The notes under the pieces: model-generated
Seen by the model: only the letters and a program-made list of their open reading frames with translations
Told to the model about the DNA's origin: nothing
Databases searched by the model: none
Shown: positions 10,376 through 19,591 of the stretch, piece by piece
Numbering within the stretch: the stretch's first letter is position 1
Layout of the letters: the number at the start of each line of letters is the position of its first letter
Position numbers and translations under genes: made by a program
NCBI GenBank assembly: GCA_022560655.1
Contig: JADFSS010000007.1
Location: 1 to 60,478 of the forward strand
Direction of reading: 5' to 3'
From: Fidelibacterota bacterium
GTDB lineage: Bacteria > Fidelibacterota > Marinisomatia > SCGC-AAA003-L08 > TS1B11
Length of the DNA: 60,478 bases

Positions 10376-11008
10376 ATGCCAAGCGGGATCAAAACCAAAA
10401 AATTGAGTGTGCTAATCCAGGATAGCGGGCTGGAGCCATTAGCTGATCGGCTTCGGATCAAACCTTCAACCATACGAACCACGGTCGCGCTTTCAAACGA
10501 AGCGATGGAGGATTTGGTTAGCCTTAGGAAAGATTGGAATCTGACGCCTAAAGATATTTTTGACGGCATCTTTGATTCAGATGAGCTCGCCGACCTCGTA
10601 ACAGTTGCTGCTGGGCAAATGGAGCATCATAAGCAACCTCGAAAGAACCAGGTCACTATCGTAATCAGTGCAACCTCTCAAACATCCTTGAAACATTTGG
10701 CCAAAGAATTGGCGACGCCCCGAGATCACATCGTAATTGTCAGTCTTAGAGTAATGGCCGGTCTTTTGGAAAAGAGTCGAAATGACAGAATTACCAATCA
10801 TAAAAAAGCACTGAACATTCTCAAAGAGACAGAAGATTTCTTGAATAAGAAGGAAGGAGAACTCAGCAGGCTATTGGGTGAAGATGATCCCCTCGAATAC
10901 CGCTTCCGGTACCTCGGCACGATTCTAATGAATCTTTTATTCGCAGTAGATTCAGAGATTGAGAATGGCACGCCCATCGAACCGCATGATTTCTCTCAAC
11001 AGGGTTAA
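10376..11008 (+). CDS. Hypothetical protein (210 aa), islet gene 1
   Basis: ATG ORF with low GC and no motif I recognise. It is followed after 6 nt by the DUF4258 gene. Confidence 0.55.
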   Translation: MPSGIKTKKLSVLIQDSGLEPLADRLRIKPSTIRTTVALSNEAMEDLVSLRKDWNLTPKDIFDGIFDSDELADLVTVAAGQMEHHKQPRKNQVTIVISATSQTSLKHLAKELATPRDHIVIVSLRVMAGLLEKSRNDRITNHKKALNILKETEDFLNKKEGELSRLLGEDDPLEYRFRYLGTILMNLLFAVDSEIENGTPIEPHDFSQQG

Positions 11009-11014
11009 CCTCTT

Positions 11015-11278
11015 TTGAATTATACAGAACACGCTATGAAGAGAATGCAGCAGAGAGCAATACCTCCCGCCGTGGCGGAGCTGATATGGCAGTACGGGGA
11101 GAATATTGATCTACCCGGCGGTGTCCAAGGGCTGAGGATTCCCAAGCACCTCATCCAAGATTGGGAGAGGGATTTGAGACGCATCATGAGATTGTATGAC
11201 AAATCGCGAAAGGTGCTACTGGTAATGGATGAGAGCCGGTCGACCCGGATAACTGCCTACTCGACGCACAAGACATGA
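11015..11278 (+). CDS. DUF4258-family protein (RelE/ParE-fold, toxin-like), islet gene 2
   Basis: 87 aa. The N-terminus MNYTEHAMKRMQQRAI... resembles the (Y/F)SxHAxxRMxxRGI signature of DUF4258. Confidence 0.55.
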   Translation: MNYTEHAMKRMQQRAIPPAVAELIWQYGENIDLPGGVQGLRIPKHLIQDWERDLRRIMRLYDKSRKVLLVMDESRSTRITAYSTHKT

Positions 11279-11299
11279 ATAGTTAAGATTGAATAAGTT

Positions 11300-11716
11300 A
11301 TGACTAAATTCGCAGTGAAACTTGCAAAAGCAAGGTCAGATTATGAAAAGTTTGAACAGCTCCTTGGGAGCACAGACAAAGATACAGGAGCATGGGTAGA
11401 TCATTTCCATTCTGCAATCCTTAGTGTCTGGTTAATTTTGTTAAATGAAGCAAATGAATCCAATATCTATGAAGCTGAAAACTTGCAAATACTGTATAAC
11501 CGGCTTCTTCTTGAACGGTTGCCTGATCTACCTGCCTTGAATGAAGAGGAGTGGGGCACAGTGATTATGGCACTAGATATCTTTTCGTGTGAGGAAGCCA
11601 AAGGACTAATTAGGGCTAGAAATGATCTTAAAAGAAATTATGAGGCTCTAAGGGCCCAGTATCCTAGCGCCGTATATAAATCCACTCTATCACAAGTGAT
11701 TAGGGCGATTAAATAG
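11300..11716 (+). CDS. Hypothetical protein (138 aa), islet gene 3
   Basis: ATG ORF 21 nt after gene 2, with the same low-GC composition and no recognisable domain. Confidence 0.5.
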   Translation: MTKFAVKLAKARSDYEKFEQLLGSTDKDTGAWVDHFHSAILSVWLILLNEANESNIYEAENLQILYNRLLLERLPDLPALNEEEWGTVIMALDIFSCEEAKGLIRARNDLKRNYEALRAQYPSAVYKSTLSQVIRAIK

Positions 11717-11772
11717 AGATAGGGCGTCGGGAAGATTCGGCGGTCATATGCGTCGTGTGAGCGGCCTTGGCC

Positions 11773-13176
11773 CTAGTCGGTACTTGGATAAAGCCCCGCC
11801 AGCATACGGGCGACGTTGTGGAGGCTCTCCGACAGTGAAGGATGGGCGTGCACCGCGTCCATGAGATGGGTGTAGGGTAGCTCATTGGCGATGCACAGCG
11901 ACACCTCGCCAATGAGCGTATCGGCCTGGGGTCCACACGCCCGCACCCCCAGGATGCGGTCGTCCCCTTCCGGCCCAACGATGAGTTTCACGAACCCGCC
12001 GAAGGAGCGCATGGCGTGGGCCCGGTGGCTGCGGATGTTCGCCAGGCGGGCCACCCTCACGTCGCCGTACTTGGCCCGGGCGGTCTTCTCGTTATCCCCG
12101 GCGCCGGCCACCAGCGGAAGGGTGAAGATGATGAACGGGATGTGGTCCATGGAGATAGGCTTTTGCCCGCTCAGCAGGTGATGGATAGCCTGGTGGCCCT
12201 CGGCCTCGGCAACGTGCACCAGGCACATGTCCAGTTCCGAGTCCCGGAGACCCACGTCGCCTACGGCGTAGATGTGGTCAACATTGGTCTGGCAGAAATC
12301 GCTGATGGGTAGGAAGCCATTAGCATTTACGGCCACACCGGCATTCTCCAGCTTCAACGCCGCCGTGCACGCCACCCGGCCGATCGATACCAGCGCCATG
12401 TCGGTATCGAACTCGGAGCCGTCCTTAAGCCGGGTCACCACCCGGCCGCCTGCTGCGCGCATGTCCACCATGCGGGCGGACTGGACGACGTGGATGCCGT
12501 TGGTCCGGAAAGTTTGCGTCAGAAAGTCGATGATATCATCGTCCTCATGGGACAAGATCACCGGGTAGGCGTCCAGCAAAGTAACCTGGCAGCCGAAAGC
12601 GTTGAAGATGGAAGCGAATTCGCAGCCGATGACCCCGGCGCCCAGGATGAGCAGGCTTTCCGGCAGCCGGTCCAGTGAGACGATCTCATCGCTGGACATG
12701 ATGAGCTCACCATCCTGGTGTACGGCAGGCAGCCAGCGCGGCGTGGTGCCCGTGGCGATGATAATCTTGTCCGCTCTGTGGTCGGCGCCTGCCACGCGCA
12801 CGGTATGGGGATCGACAAATGCGGCCATCCCGCGCAGTTCCACGATGCTCAGGCGTTCGATCTGTTCCTGGTAGAGCGCCTCCAGCTCGCCGCTGCCCTG
12901 CTGCAGCTGGGCCTGCACCTGGCCAAAATCTAGCTTAACCGACGAGGGCAGATAACCCCTGTCGGACTTGCTGGCCACCAGGTGGTCCTTGGCCAGCTCG
13001 TACATCCCCTTGGACTTGTAGGCCCCCTGGATGCCGTAGCCCCACAAGCGCTTGCCGTTCACCAGCCCTACCTTCAGGCCCTTGAGGGCGCCCCGGGTGG
13101 CTGCGGCCATCCCACCAGGCCCCGCCCCGATCACCAGTACGTCAAACCGGTTGTTGCCGCCGGGATTCCCGCTCAT
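11773..13176 (-). CDS. FAD/NAD(P)-dependent pyridine nucleotide-disulfide oxidoreductase, dihydrolipoyl dehydrogenase family (no N-terminal CxxxxC)
   Basis: FAD-binding VLVIGAGPGGMAAA, NAD-binding LLILGAGVIGCEFA, the AVGDV motif and a C-terminal dimerisation domain with HAHPSLSE. The redox-active disulfide motif is absent. Confidence 0.8.
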   Translation of the reverse strand: MSGNPGGNNRFDVLVIGAGPGGMAAATRGALKGLKVGLVNGKRLWGYGIQGAYKSKGMYELAKDHLVASKSDRGYLPSSVKLDFGQVQAQLQQGSGELEALYQEQIERLSIVELRGMAAFVDPHTVRVAGADHRADKIIIATGTTPRWLPAVHQDGELIMSSDEIVSLDRLPESLLILGAGVIGCEFASIFNAFGCQVTLLDAYPVILSHEDDDIIDFLTQTFRTNGIHVVQSARMVDMRAAGGRVVTRLKDGSEFDTDMALVSIGRVACTAALKLENAGVAVNANGFLPISDFCQTNVDHIYAVGDVGLRDSELDMCLVHVAEAEGHQAIHHLLSGQKPISMDHIPFIIFTLPLVAGAGDNEKTARAKYGDVRVARLANIRSHRAHAMRSFGGFVKLIVGPEGDDRILGVRACGPQADTLIGEVSLCIANELPYTHLMDAVHAHPSLSESLHNVARMLAGLYPSTD

Positions 13177-13288
13177 TGGACTCCTTGTTGGATAGCCGCG
13201 CGCACCGGCGCGAATTTACAAGCTGTTTAGCAGGCTGGGGCCGGGCAGATGCTCGCTCGATCCTCCCGGCCCGCCCGCTGGCGCCCCC

Positions 13289-13957
13289 CTACAGGATCGG
13301 GTCGATCACATCGAGTGAGTCGTGCTGCTCGTTCTCCACCTGCAGCCCCACCTTGTGGGCTTCCAGATCCTTACCGAGGTAGGGCCGGCAGAGGGGCAGC
13401 AGCGCGTCGGGCTCGCGAATACCGCTGTCGAGCCAGGTGGCCAGGGCTTCTCCAGCGAGGATCACCGGCATGCGCTGGTGAATGGGTGCCACCCGCTGGT
13501 TGGCCGGGGCGGTTACAATGGTGCAGCTCCGGATGGGGTCCTTTCGGGCGGGCGCCCACAGCTCCCACAGTGCGGCCAACGCGAAGGGTTCGCGGCTGGC
13601 GAGATAGATGTACCAGGGCTGGGCGCCGTCCGGCGATTCCTGCCACAGGAAGAAGCCGTCAGCCAGGACGGCACAGCGCCGCTGCTCCAGACGCTCCCGC
13701 ATGGCGGCCAGCTCCAGCAGCGATTCCCGCCGCACCTGGTAAAGGCCCGCACCTACGGCGGCGTGATGCGCATTGGCGGGAATCAGCCCCCACGTGCGGT
13801 GGGCCAGACGCACGGATCCCTGACGTTCCACCAGGACAGCGACCTCCTGTCCCGGCGCGATGTTGTAGTGCTTGCCAAGGTCCGGAGCCGGCCCGGCCAG
13901 CCCCATCCGCTGCCGTAGCGCGTCCACTGGTGTGAACAGAGAGAGCCGTAGCGACAC
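13289..13957 (-). CDS. SOS-response-associated peptidase (SRAP/YedK/HMCES family), with Ser at the position of catalytic Cys2
   Basis: The full length aligns to E. coli YedK: HYNIAPGQEVAVLV matches RYNVAPGTKVLLL, WGLIP, QPWYIYLASREPFALAALWE, CTIVTAPANQRVAPIHQRMPVIL. The only in-frame start consistent with the family N-terminus is GTG at 13957, giving M-S-L-R where YedK has M-C-G-R. Confidence 0.7.
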   Translation of the reverse strand: MSLRLSLFTPVDALRQRMGLAGPAPDLGKHYNIAPGQEVAVLVERQGSVRLAHRTWGLIPANAHHAAVGAGLYQVRRESLLELAAMRERLEQRRCAVLADGFFLWQESPDGAQPWYIYLASREPFALAALWELWAPARKDPIRSCTIVTAPANQRVAPIHQRMPVILAGEALATWLDSGIREPDALLPLCRPYLGKDLEAHKVGLQVENEQHDSLDVIDPIL

Positions 13958-14158
13958 GCCGGTCAGTGCTGCAGATTGCTCATGGGGTAAATGATAGTTC
14001 CGATTCCGCTGCAATGCAAGGGAAGGTGTTTCAGGGATCGACAACCCTCTCCGTTAGAATACGAAGAAATATGCGCCAATCATCCCGTCCCGTGGTAGCT
14101 TCCGAGCCCGTCACCGGGTGGATTTACACAGCAATGATTACTTAAGGAGACTTCGAAG

Positions 14159-15058
14159 ATGCAGTTCGTATTTTTTCTGGCCGTTGGGATCGTCGTGATT
14201 TTCCTGTCCTTCCAGCTGCGGCGGCGCTACGAGCTGGCCCAGCAGCTCAAGGCGATGGGCCTGAGCCCCGGCCTGCTCCAGATCATCGGGCTGGTAGCGC
14301 TGGGGGCGGCCGCGTTCCAGACCATCTCCATCATCGACGCCGGTACGGTGGGGGTGGTGAAGGTCTTCGGCGAGGTGAAGGAGCAGCCGCTCACCGAAGG
14401 GATCAACATCCGCAACCCCTTCGCCGAAATCATCAAGATGAGCGTGCGGACCCAGGAGCGCCGCGAGGAGTTGCGGGTTCCATCAAAAGAGGGGCTCACC
14501 ATCGGGCTGGAGGCCAGCGTGATCTACCACCTGGACGGCGCCATGGCTCCGGAGGTCTACCGCACCATCGGCCGCGAGCAGGACTATGTGCGCAAGATCC
14601 TGCTGCCCAACTTCCGCTCCGTTGTCCGGGGCATCACCTCACAGTTTGAGGCCAAGGCCCTCTACACCTCCATGCGCGAGCAGGTGGCCAACGATATCGC
14701 GGTGCTGCTCAACAAGGTCACCTCGGTCCGAGGCATCATCATTGAGTCTACCCCCCTGCGGCAGGTGGTGCTGCCCGGCGATCTGAGCGCTGCCATCGAG
14801 GAAAAGCTCAAGGCCGAGCAGGAGAGCCAGCGCATGGAGTTCGTCCTGAACAAGGAGAAGAAGGAGGCCGACCGCAAGCGCATCGAGGCCCAGGGTATCC
14901 GCGACTTCAACAAGACCGTTGCCCAGGGCATCAGCGACAACTTCCTGCGCTGGAAGGGCATCGAGGCCACCATGAGCCTAGCCGGCTCGAACAACGCCAA
15001 GGTCGTGGTCATCGGCTCCGGCAAGGACGGCCTGCCCATCATTCTCGGGGGGCAGTAG
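14159..15058 (+). CDS. SPFH/band-7 (prohibitin/HflC-like) membrane protein
   Basis: N-terminal transmembrane segment, an SPFH core (GTVGVVKVFGEV...) and a coiled-coil tail. AAGGAG lies 7 nt upstream of ATG. Confidence 0.8.
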   Translation: MQFVFFLAVGIVVIFLSFQLRRRYELAQQLKAMGLSPGLLQIIGLVALGAAAFQTISIIDAGTVGVVKVFGEVKEQPLTEGINIRNPFAEIIKMSVRTQERREELRVPSKEGLTIGLEASVIYHLDGAMAPEVYRTIGREQDYVRKILLPNFRSVVRGITSQFEAKALYTSMREQVANDIAVLLNKVTSVRGIIIESTPLRQVVLPGDLSAAIEEKLKAEQESQRMEFVLNKEKKEADRKRIEAQGIRDFNKTVAQGISDNFLRWKGIEATMSLAGSNNAKVVVIGSGKDGLPIILGGQ

Positions 15059-15071
15059 CCGACTAGCAGCC

Positions 15072-15353
15072 ATGCATATCGCCCTTCTGCGCGCCGTGTT
15101 GTCCATCCCTGAGGCCCGCTCGCTGAAGGACAAGCGCCGGGTGCTCAAGTCCCTGAAGGATCGCACCCTCAAGCGTATGAACGTCTCCGTGGCCGAGGTG
15201 GGCCAACAGGACATGTGGAACCGGGCCGAGCTGGCCTTCATCACTGTGGCGGCGGAGAAGTCCGTGACGGAAAAGCGCCTGGCGGCCATCCTGAAACTCT
15301 TGGAGTCCGGCGGTGACTGGCTATTGATGGAGGTGAAAACGGAGCGACTATAG
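15072..15353 (+). CDS. DUF503-family protein
   Basis: 93 aa. MHIALLRAVLSIPEARSLKDKRRVLKSLKDR...NVSVAEVGQQDMWNRAELAF matches the DUF503 signature. Confidence 0.7.
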   Translation: MHIALLRAVLSIPEARSLKDKRRVLKSLKDRTLKRMNVSVAEVGQQDMWNRAELAFITVAAEKSVTEKRLAAILKLLESGGDWLLMEVKTERL

Positions 15354-15428
15354 TTGCAAGTTGCGGAGTACAGGGTTGCGGCTTAGGGGTATCGAAATAA
15401 CGCGAAACTGGTAACGGGAAATCGCCGC

Positions 15429-17243
15429 CTAGTCCCTGCGCCGCTCCGGCACCACCTCAAGTTCCAACTCCCTGCCGTCCCGCTTGACCACCACTGGCAG
15501 CGCCACCCCCACCTTGGCCTCCTGAAGGGCGTACATGTAGTCGTACAGGCTCAGCACCTCGGTCGTGCCCATTCGTACGATCACGTCTCCGGCCAGCAAC
15601 CCACCCCGGTCGGCTGGGCTGCTACCCCGGGTTCCCGACAAGCGCATGCCCTCGCCGGTGTAGGTGTAGTCCGGAAGGGTGCCTACAGCCACGGCAAATC
15701 CGCCCCGGGTGGGCCCGTTGCTGGCCACCTTGGTAAAGGCAGGCGCCTCGGCTCGGGTGGCCAGCTCCCCAATAACCCTTGACACCAGCCGCCCAATGAG
15801 GGCCATCCCGTTCACGTTCAGGTACTCCACGTCATCGCTGGGGCGGTGGTACTGACCGTGCTGGCCGGTAAAGAAAAAGAGCACCGGCTTGTCCTTGAGG
15901 TAGTACGACTGGTGGTCGCTGGAGCCGAAGCCGTCATCATCGTACACCAGTTTCAGCCTGTCGCTGTTGAGCCTGGGCAGCAGTTCTTTCCAGAGCGGCG
16001 AGCTCCCGGCTCCCCCCAGCACCAGCATGCGATCGGTCAGCCGGCCCACCATGTCCAAGTTCACCATCGCCACAATGCTGTCCATGGGCACCGGCGAATT
16101 GCGGGTCACGTGGGCCGACCCCAGCAGGCCTAGCTCCTCCGCGCCGAAGGCCTGAAACATCACCGAGCGACGGTGCTCCCCGGCGGGGGGATTGGCAGCC
16201 AGGTAGCGGGCCACCTCCAGCATGGTAGCCACACCCGAGGCGTTGTCATCGGCGCCGTTGTGGATGGCCGCACTGTCAGGAAGGAAGGAGCCGGAACCAT
16301 GGCCGCCCCAGCCCAGATGATCGTAGTGCGCCCCCATGATGACCCACTGACCCCGCAAGTTGCCCGCTCCCGGCAGAGTTGCCAGCACGTTCCGGGAGGT
16401 CTCCTCCACCGGCACCACCACGCTCCGCAAGGTCACCTCGACCCCCCGCACGGCGTGGCTCAGCGGTACGCGACTGGCATTTATCTCCTGCTGGAGCTCG
16501 TCAATGCTGAGGTGCTCCCCCGCCAGCATTCGGTCAGCCGCTGCGCGGGTTAGGTTGACTACCGGCAGGCCAGCGTCTCCGGCGCGGTCATACCGCATCC
16601 CCAGAAGGCCATCCTCTTCATCGTCCGCTGCGCCGGTTACCAGCAGCACAGCAAGAGCGCCGCGCTCCCGCGCTGCAAGCGCCTTCTTGCGCAGCGGCAT
16701 GTGAGCGCTGAAGGGGCCGTGGGGATTGGTACCATCGGGGGAGTAGCGCAGCAGCAGTACAACTTTGTCCGCCACATCCAACTCGGCGTAGTCGTCATAG
16801 GTGAGGTCACTCTTGCCGACGCCGTAGCCGGCGAAAACCAGCGGCCCGGTAATCTCCTGCGAGGCAGAAAACCCCAGCGGTTGGAAGTCCACGGCTGGTT
16901 TTAGCGCAAACCCGTCGCTGCCATAACGGCTCCAGCCCAGTGCATTGCCGGCGCCCATCTCCACTTTGGATCCAAAGGTAAACGGCTGGAAGTAGTCGGG
17001 CACCGCCGGCAGCAAGCCGTAACGCGCGTACTCCTGCCGGATGTACTCGGCCGCGGCCAGCTCATGGGGCGAACCTGCCCGCCGGCCGTACAGACTGTCA
17101 GCGGCCAGCACCTGAACGTGCGTCAGCAGGGGCACAGCCGAGGCAGGCTCACGGGGTAGCGCTGCCGCTGGTGATGCTGGCTCGGGCCCCTTGGCGCAGC
17201 CCCCCAGCAGCGCCGTCAGCAGCAAAGCATTAAGCCAGCGCAT
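15429..17243 (-). CDS. M28-family aminopeptidase with C-terminal PDZ domain (secreted)
   Basis: Signal peptide MRWLNALLLTALLGGCA. M28 metal-binding segments (HYDHLGWGG, GADDNASGVA, EELGLLGS, DHQSY) and a PDZ segment (GLLAGDVIVRMG...). Start ATG 17243 chosen at the signal peptide. Confidence 0.8.
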   Translation of the reverse strand: MRWLNALLLTALLGGCAKGPEPASPAAALPREPASAVPLLTHVQVLAADSLYGRRAGSPHELAAAEYIRQEYARYGLLPAVPDYFQPFTFGSKVEMGAGNALGWSRYGSDGFALKPAVDFQPLGFSASQEITGPLVFAGYGVGKSDLTYDDYAELDVADKVVLLLRYSPDGTNPHGPFSAHMPLRKKALAARERGALAVLLVTGAADDEEDGLLGMRYDRAGDAGLPVVNLTRAAADRMLAGEHLSIDELQQEINASRVPLSHAVRGVEVTLRSVVVPVEETSRNVLATLPGAGNLRGQWVIMGAHYDHLGWGGHGSGSFLPDSAAIHNGADDNASGVATMLEVARYLAANPPAGEHRRSVMFQAFGAEELGLLGSAHVTRNSPVPMDSIVAMVNLDMVGRLTDRMLVLGGAGSSPLWKELLPRLNSDRLKLVYDDDGFGSSDHQSYYLKDKPVLFFFTGQHGQYHRPSDDVEYLNVNGMALIGRLVSRVIGELATRAEAPAFTKVASNGPTRGGFAVAVGTLPDYTYTGEGMRLSGTRGSSPADRGGLLAGDVIVRMGTTEVLSLYDYMYALQEAKVGVALPVVVKRDGRELELEVVPERRRD

Positions 17244-18696
17244 CACGTTGCACCCCAGTGAGTCGATTGCCTTCCCTAATGACCGCCGACACCAGCACGT
17301 CCAGATCTTCGAGGCGGGTGCGATGGTTGGTAATGGCCACGCGGATGGCGAAGCGGCCGGCCAGCTGCGTGCTGGAAGGGACGGCGGTCCCACTCTTGTG
17401 CAGGTGCACCAGAATCTGGTGATTGATTTCGTTGCGGGTTGCCTCGTCCTGCCCATCCGCCGCAAACCGGAAGCAAACAATATTCAGGGGTGCCGGCGCC
17501 AGCAGCTCCAACTCCGGCTTGTCCCGCACCAGCCCGGCGAGATAGCGGGCTTGCGCTACATTCTGCTCGATGAGCCGCGCGTACTTGTCGATGCCGTGCT
17601 CCTTGATGCCCATCCAGACCTTGAGCGCCCGGAAACCCCGGGAGAGCTGCACCCCGTAATCGGCCATCCAGGGACTGTCGGCCACGGTGCCCTCGGCCTT
17701 GGTGAGGTACGCCGGGGTCAGCGCAAAGGCGCCCCGATGGTGGGCCTCCTCCCGCACCAGAATGCAGCCGACTTCGTAGGGCATATACATCCACTTGTGC
17801 AGGTCAAAGGCCACCGAATCGGCTCGCTCCATCCCCTTCACTGCAGGGCGCAGCTCCGGTGACAGTGCCGCCAGCGCGCCGAACGCGCCGTCAATATGCA
17901 GCCATAGGTTCTCGCGCTCACATATGTCAGCCAGGGCATCCAGCGGGTCGCTGGCGCCTGTGTTCACGGTACCGGCATTGCCGATGACGCAAAAGGGGTG
18001 GCGGCCGGCAGCCCGGTCCTCGGCGATGGCCATTTCCAGCGCAGCGGGATCGAGGCGGAAGTCGCTATCAGCGGGGAGCTGGCGCAGAGATTGTGAGCCC
18101 AGGCCTAGCAGCTCCACGGCTTTCTGCACCGAGCTGTGCGTTTCGTCGGAGCAGTAGGCTGTCATCATCCGGGGTGCGGCGGCCACCCCGGACCGGCGAA
18201 TGTCCACCTCGGCCTTCACATTGCGCGCCACGGTCAGGCCCACAAGGTTCGCCATGGATCCGCCACTCAGCAGCAGGCCGCTGGCCCCGTTGGGATAGCC
18301 CAACATTTCTTTGCACCACCGCAGTACCTGCGCCTCCACCAGGGTGGCAGCCTGGTGAAAGCCGCCGGTGTTGGGATTCATGCCCGCCGCGAGCATTTCC
18401 GCCAGCATGCCCATCGGGGTGCCGGTGCCATTTACCCAGCCCCAGTGCCGGGGATGGATGTTACCGAAGGGATAGGGCAGCACCAAGTCCAGAAAATCGC
18501 TGTAGGCCTGCTCGGCGCCCTGCCCATCGCGGGGCATTGGCTGGTCCAGCCGCACCTGCACGTCAGCCGGCACGGGCTGCCACACGGGACGCTCTCGCAC
18601 CGTCTCCAGGTAGGCCAGCATGTCGTCCACCATCCGGCGGCCCAGCGTCTGGAGGCTGGACCACTCCCGGGGGTCGAGGGTCTCTTCGTCAGGCAT
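17230..18696 (-). CDS. PLP-dependent group II amino-acid decarboxylase family protein
   Basis: 488 aa. The HKW lysine motif (DLHKWMYMPYEVG) and surrounding fold-type I pattern are typical of aromatic-amino-acid and diaminobutyrate decarboxylases. Its stop overlaps the M28 gene start by 14 nt. Confidence 0.75.
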   Translation of the reverse strand: MPDEETLDPREWSSLQTLGRRMVDDMLAYLETVRERPVWQPVPADVQVRLDQPMPRDGQGAEQAYSDFLDLVLPYPFGNIHPRHWGWVNGTGTPMGMLAEMLAAGMNPNTGGFHQAATLVEAQVLRWCKEMLGYPNGASGLLLSGGSMANLVGLTVARNVKAEVDIRRSGVAAAPRMMTAYCSDETHSSVQKAVELLGLGSQSLRQLPADSDFRLDPAALEMAIAEDRAAGRHPFCVIGNAGTVNTGASDPLDALADICERENLWLHIDGAFGALAALSPELRPAVKGMERADSVAFDLHKWMYMPYEVGCILVREEAHHRGAFALTPAYLTKAEGTVADSPWMADYGVQLSRGFRALKVWMGIKEHGIDKYARLIEQNVAQARYLAGLVRDKPELELLAPAPLNIVCFRFAADGQDEATRNEINHQILVHLHKSGTAVPSSTQLAGRFAIRVAITNHRTRLEDLDVLVSAVIREGNRLTGVQRDALA

Positions 18697-18735
18697 GCTG
18701 CATGCTCTGAAATCGGGCGGGGGTTCGCTGCAGGA

Positions 18736-19581
18736 TCAGCTCCCGTTCACCTCATGGACCAGGGGCGGGAAGTCGGTAAAAATCCCGTCCACTCCCAGCT
18801 CCCTCAGGTGCCGGATCATGGGGCGGTTGTTTACCGTCCAAACATTAATTTTCATCCCCCTCCTATGGGCCCAGGTCACCACTTCCGGGGTCACCATGTG
18901 GGCACCGGGATGCAGGCAGTCAGGGTGCACCAGGTTAACGAACGTAGGTCGGCGCAGATACCAGGGCACGTCCAGGTTCCACCAAATGTACCCGATGGTA
19001 ACCTCAGGCTCCAGGAGGCGCACCTTGACCAGCGAATAGGGGTTAAAGCTCGATATGATGGTGCGTTTCACCTGGCGATAGCGCCGCACAAGACTCACCA
19101 CATGCTCCTCAAGTCCCGGGACACGCCAGCGACGGGTCTTCAGCTCCAGATTCACGAGCAGGTTCTCGGGTATCAGCTCCAGCACTTCCTCGAGACGGGG
19201 GATTTTTGTGGCCATGAACTTTCCGGCCCAGCGGTGAGATGCATTCAGCGCCGCAATCTCGTCGTATGACCGCTCCCAGAAGTAGCCCACCCCCTCGGTT
19301 CCGCTCTCCAGGTCGTAGTCGTGGGTGACGATGAGCACACCATCGGCGGTCTCCATCACATCCAACTCCACACCGTCCACACCGGCATCGATGGCCGCCT
19401 GAAAGGCCGGCAAGGTGTTCTCCGGCGCCTCCGACGGCACTCCCCGGTGGGCCAGGCAGAGCAGCCGCCCCTCCGGGTAAAAGTCCACCGGCTCCACCCG
19501 CCAGACCAGCAAGTAGCGGACGGCGACCGCCAGGGTGCCGACGGCAAGGGTCAGCAGAACCAGCTGAACAGGCGACAGCAT
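18736..19581 (-). CDS. Glycerophosphodiester phosphodiesterase (GDPD) family protein, membrane anchored
   Basis: HRG...ENT and VELDV...TxDG GDPD signatures, with an N-terminal transmembrane helix. Confidence 0.8.
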   Translation of the reverse strand: MLSPVQLVLLTLAVGTLAVAVRYLLVWRVEPVDFYPEGRLLCLAHRGVPSEAPENTLPAFQAAIDAGVDGVELDVMETADGVLIVTHDYDLESGTEGVGYFWERSYDEIAALNASHRWAGKFMATKIPRLEEVLELIPENLLVNLELKTRRWRVPGLEEHVVSLVRRYRQVKRTIISSFNPYSLVKVRLLEPEVTIGYIWWNLDVPWYLRRPTFVNLVHPDCLHPGAHMVTPEVVTWAHRRGMKINVWTVNNRPMIRHLRELGVDGIFTDFPPLVHEVNGS

Positions 19582-19591
19582 CAGTGGGATC

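Larger units (their letters stand above)
10207..11770 (+). other. Low-GC compositional islet (about 43-47% GC against about 65% flanks) carrying three co-directional genes
   Basis: The abrupt drop in GC content and the A/T-rich codon usage are visible by eye. The boundaries coincide with the 3' ends of the flanking high-GC genes. Confidence 0.7.
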
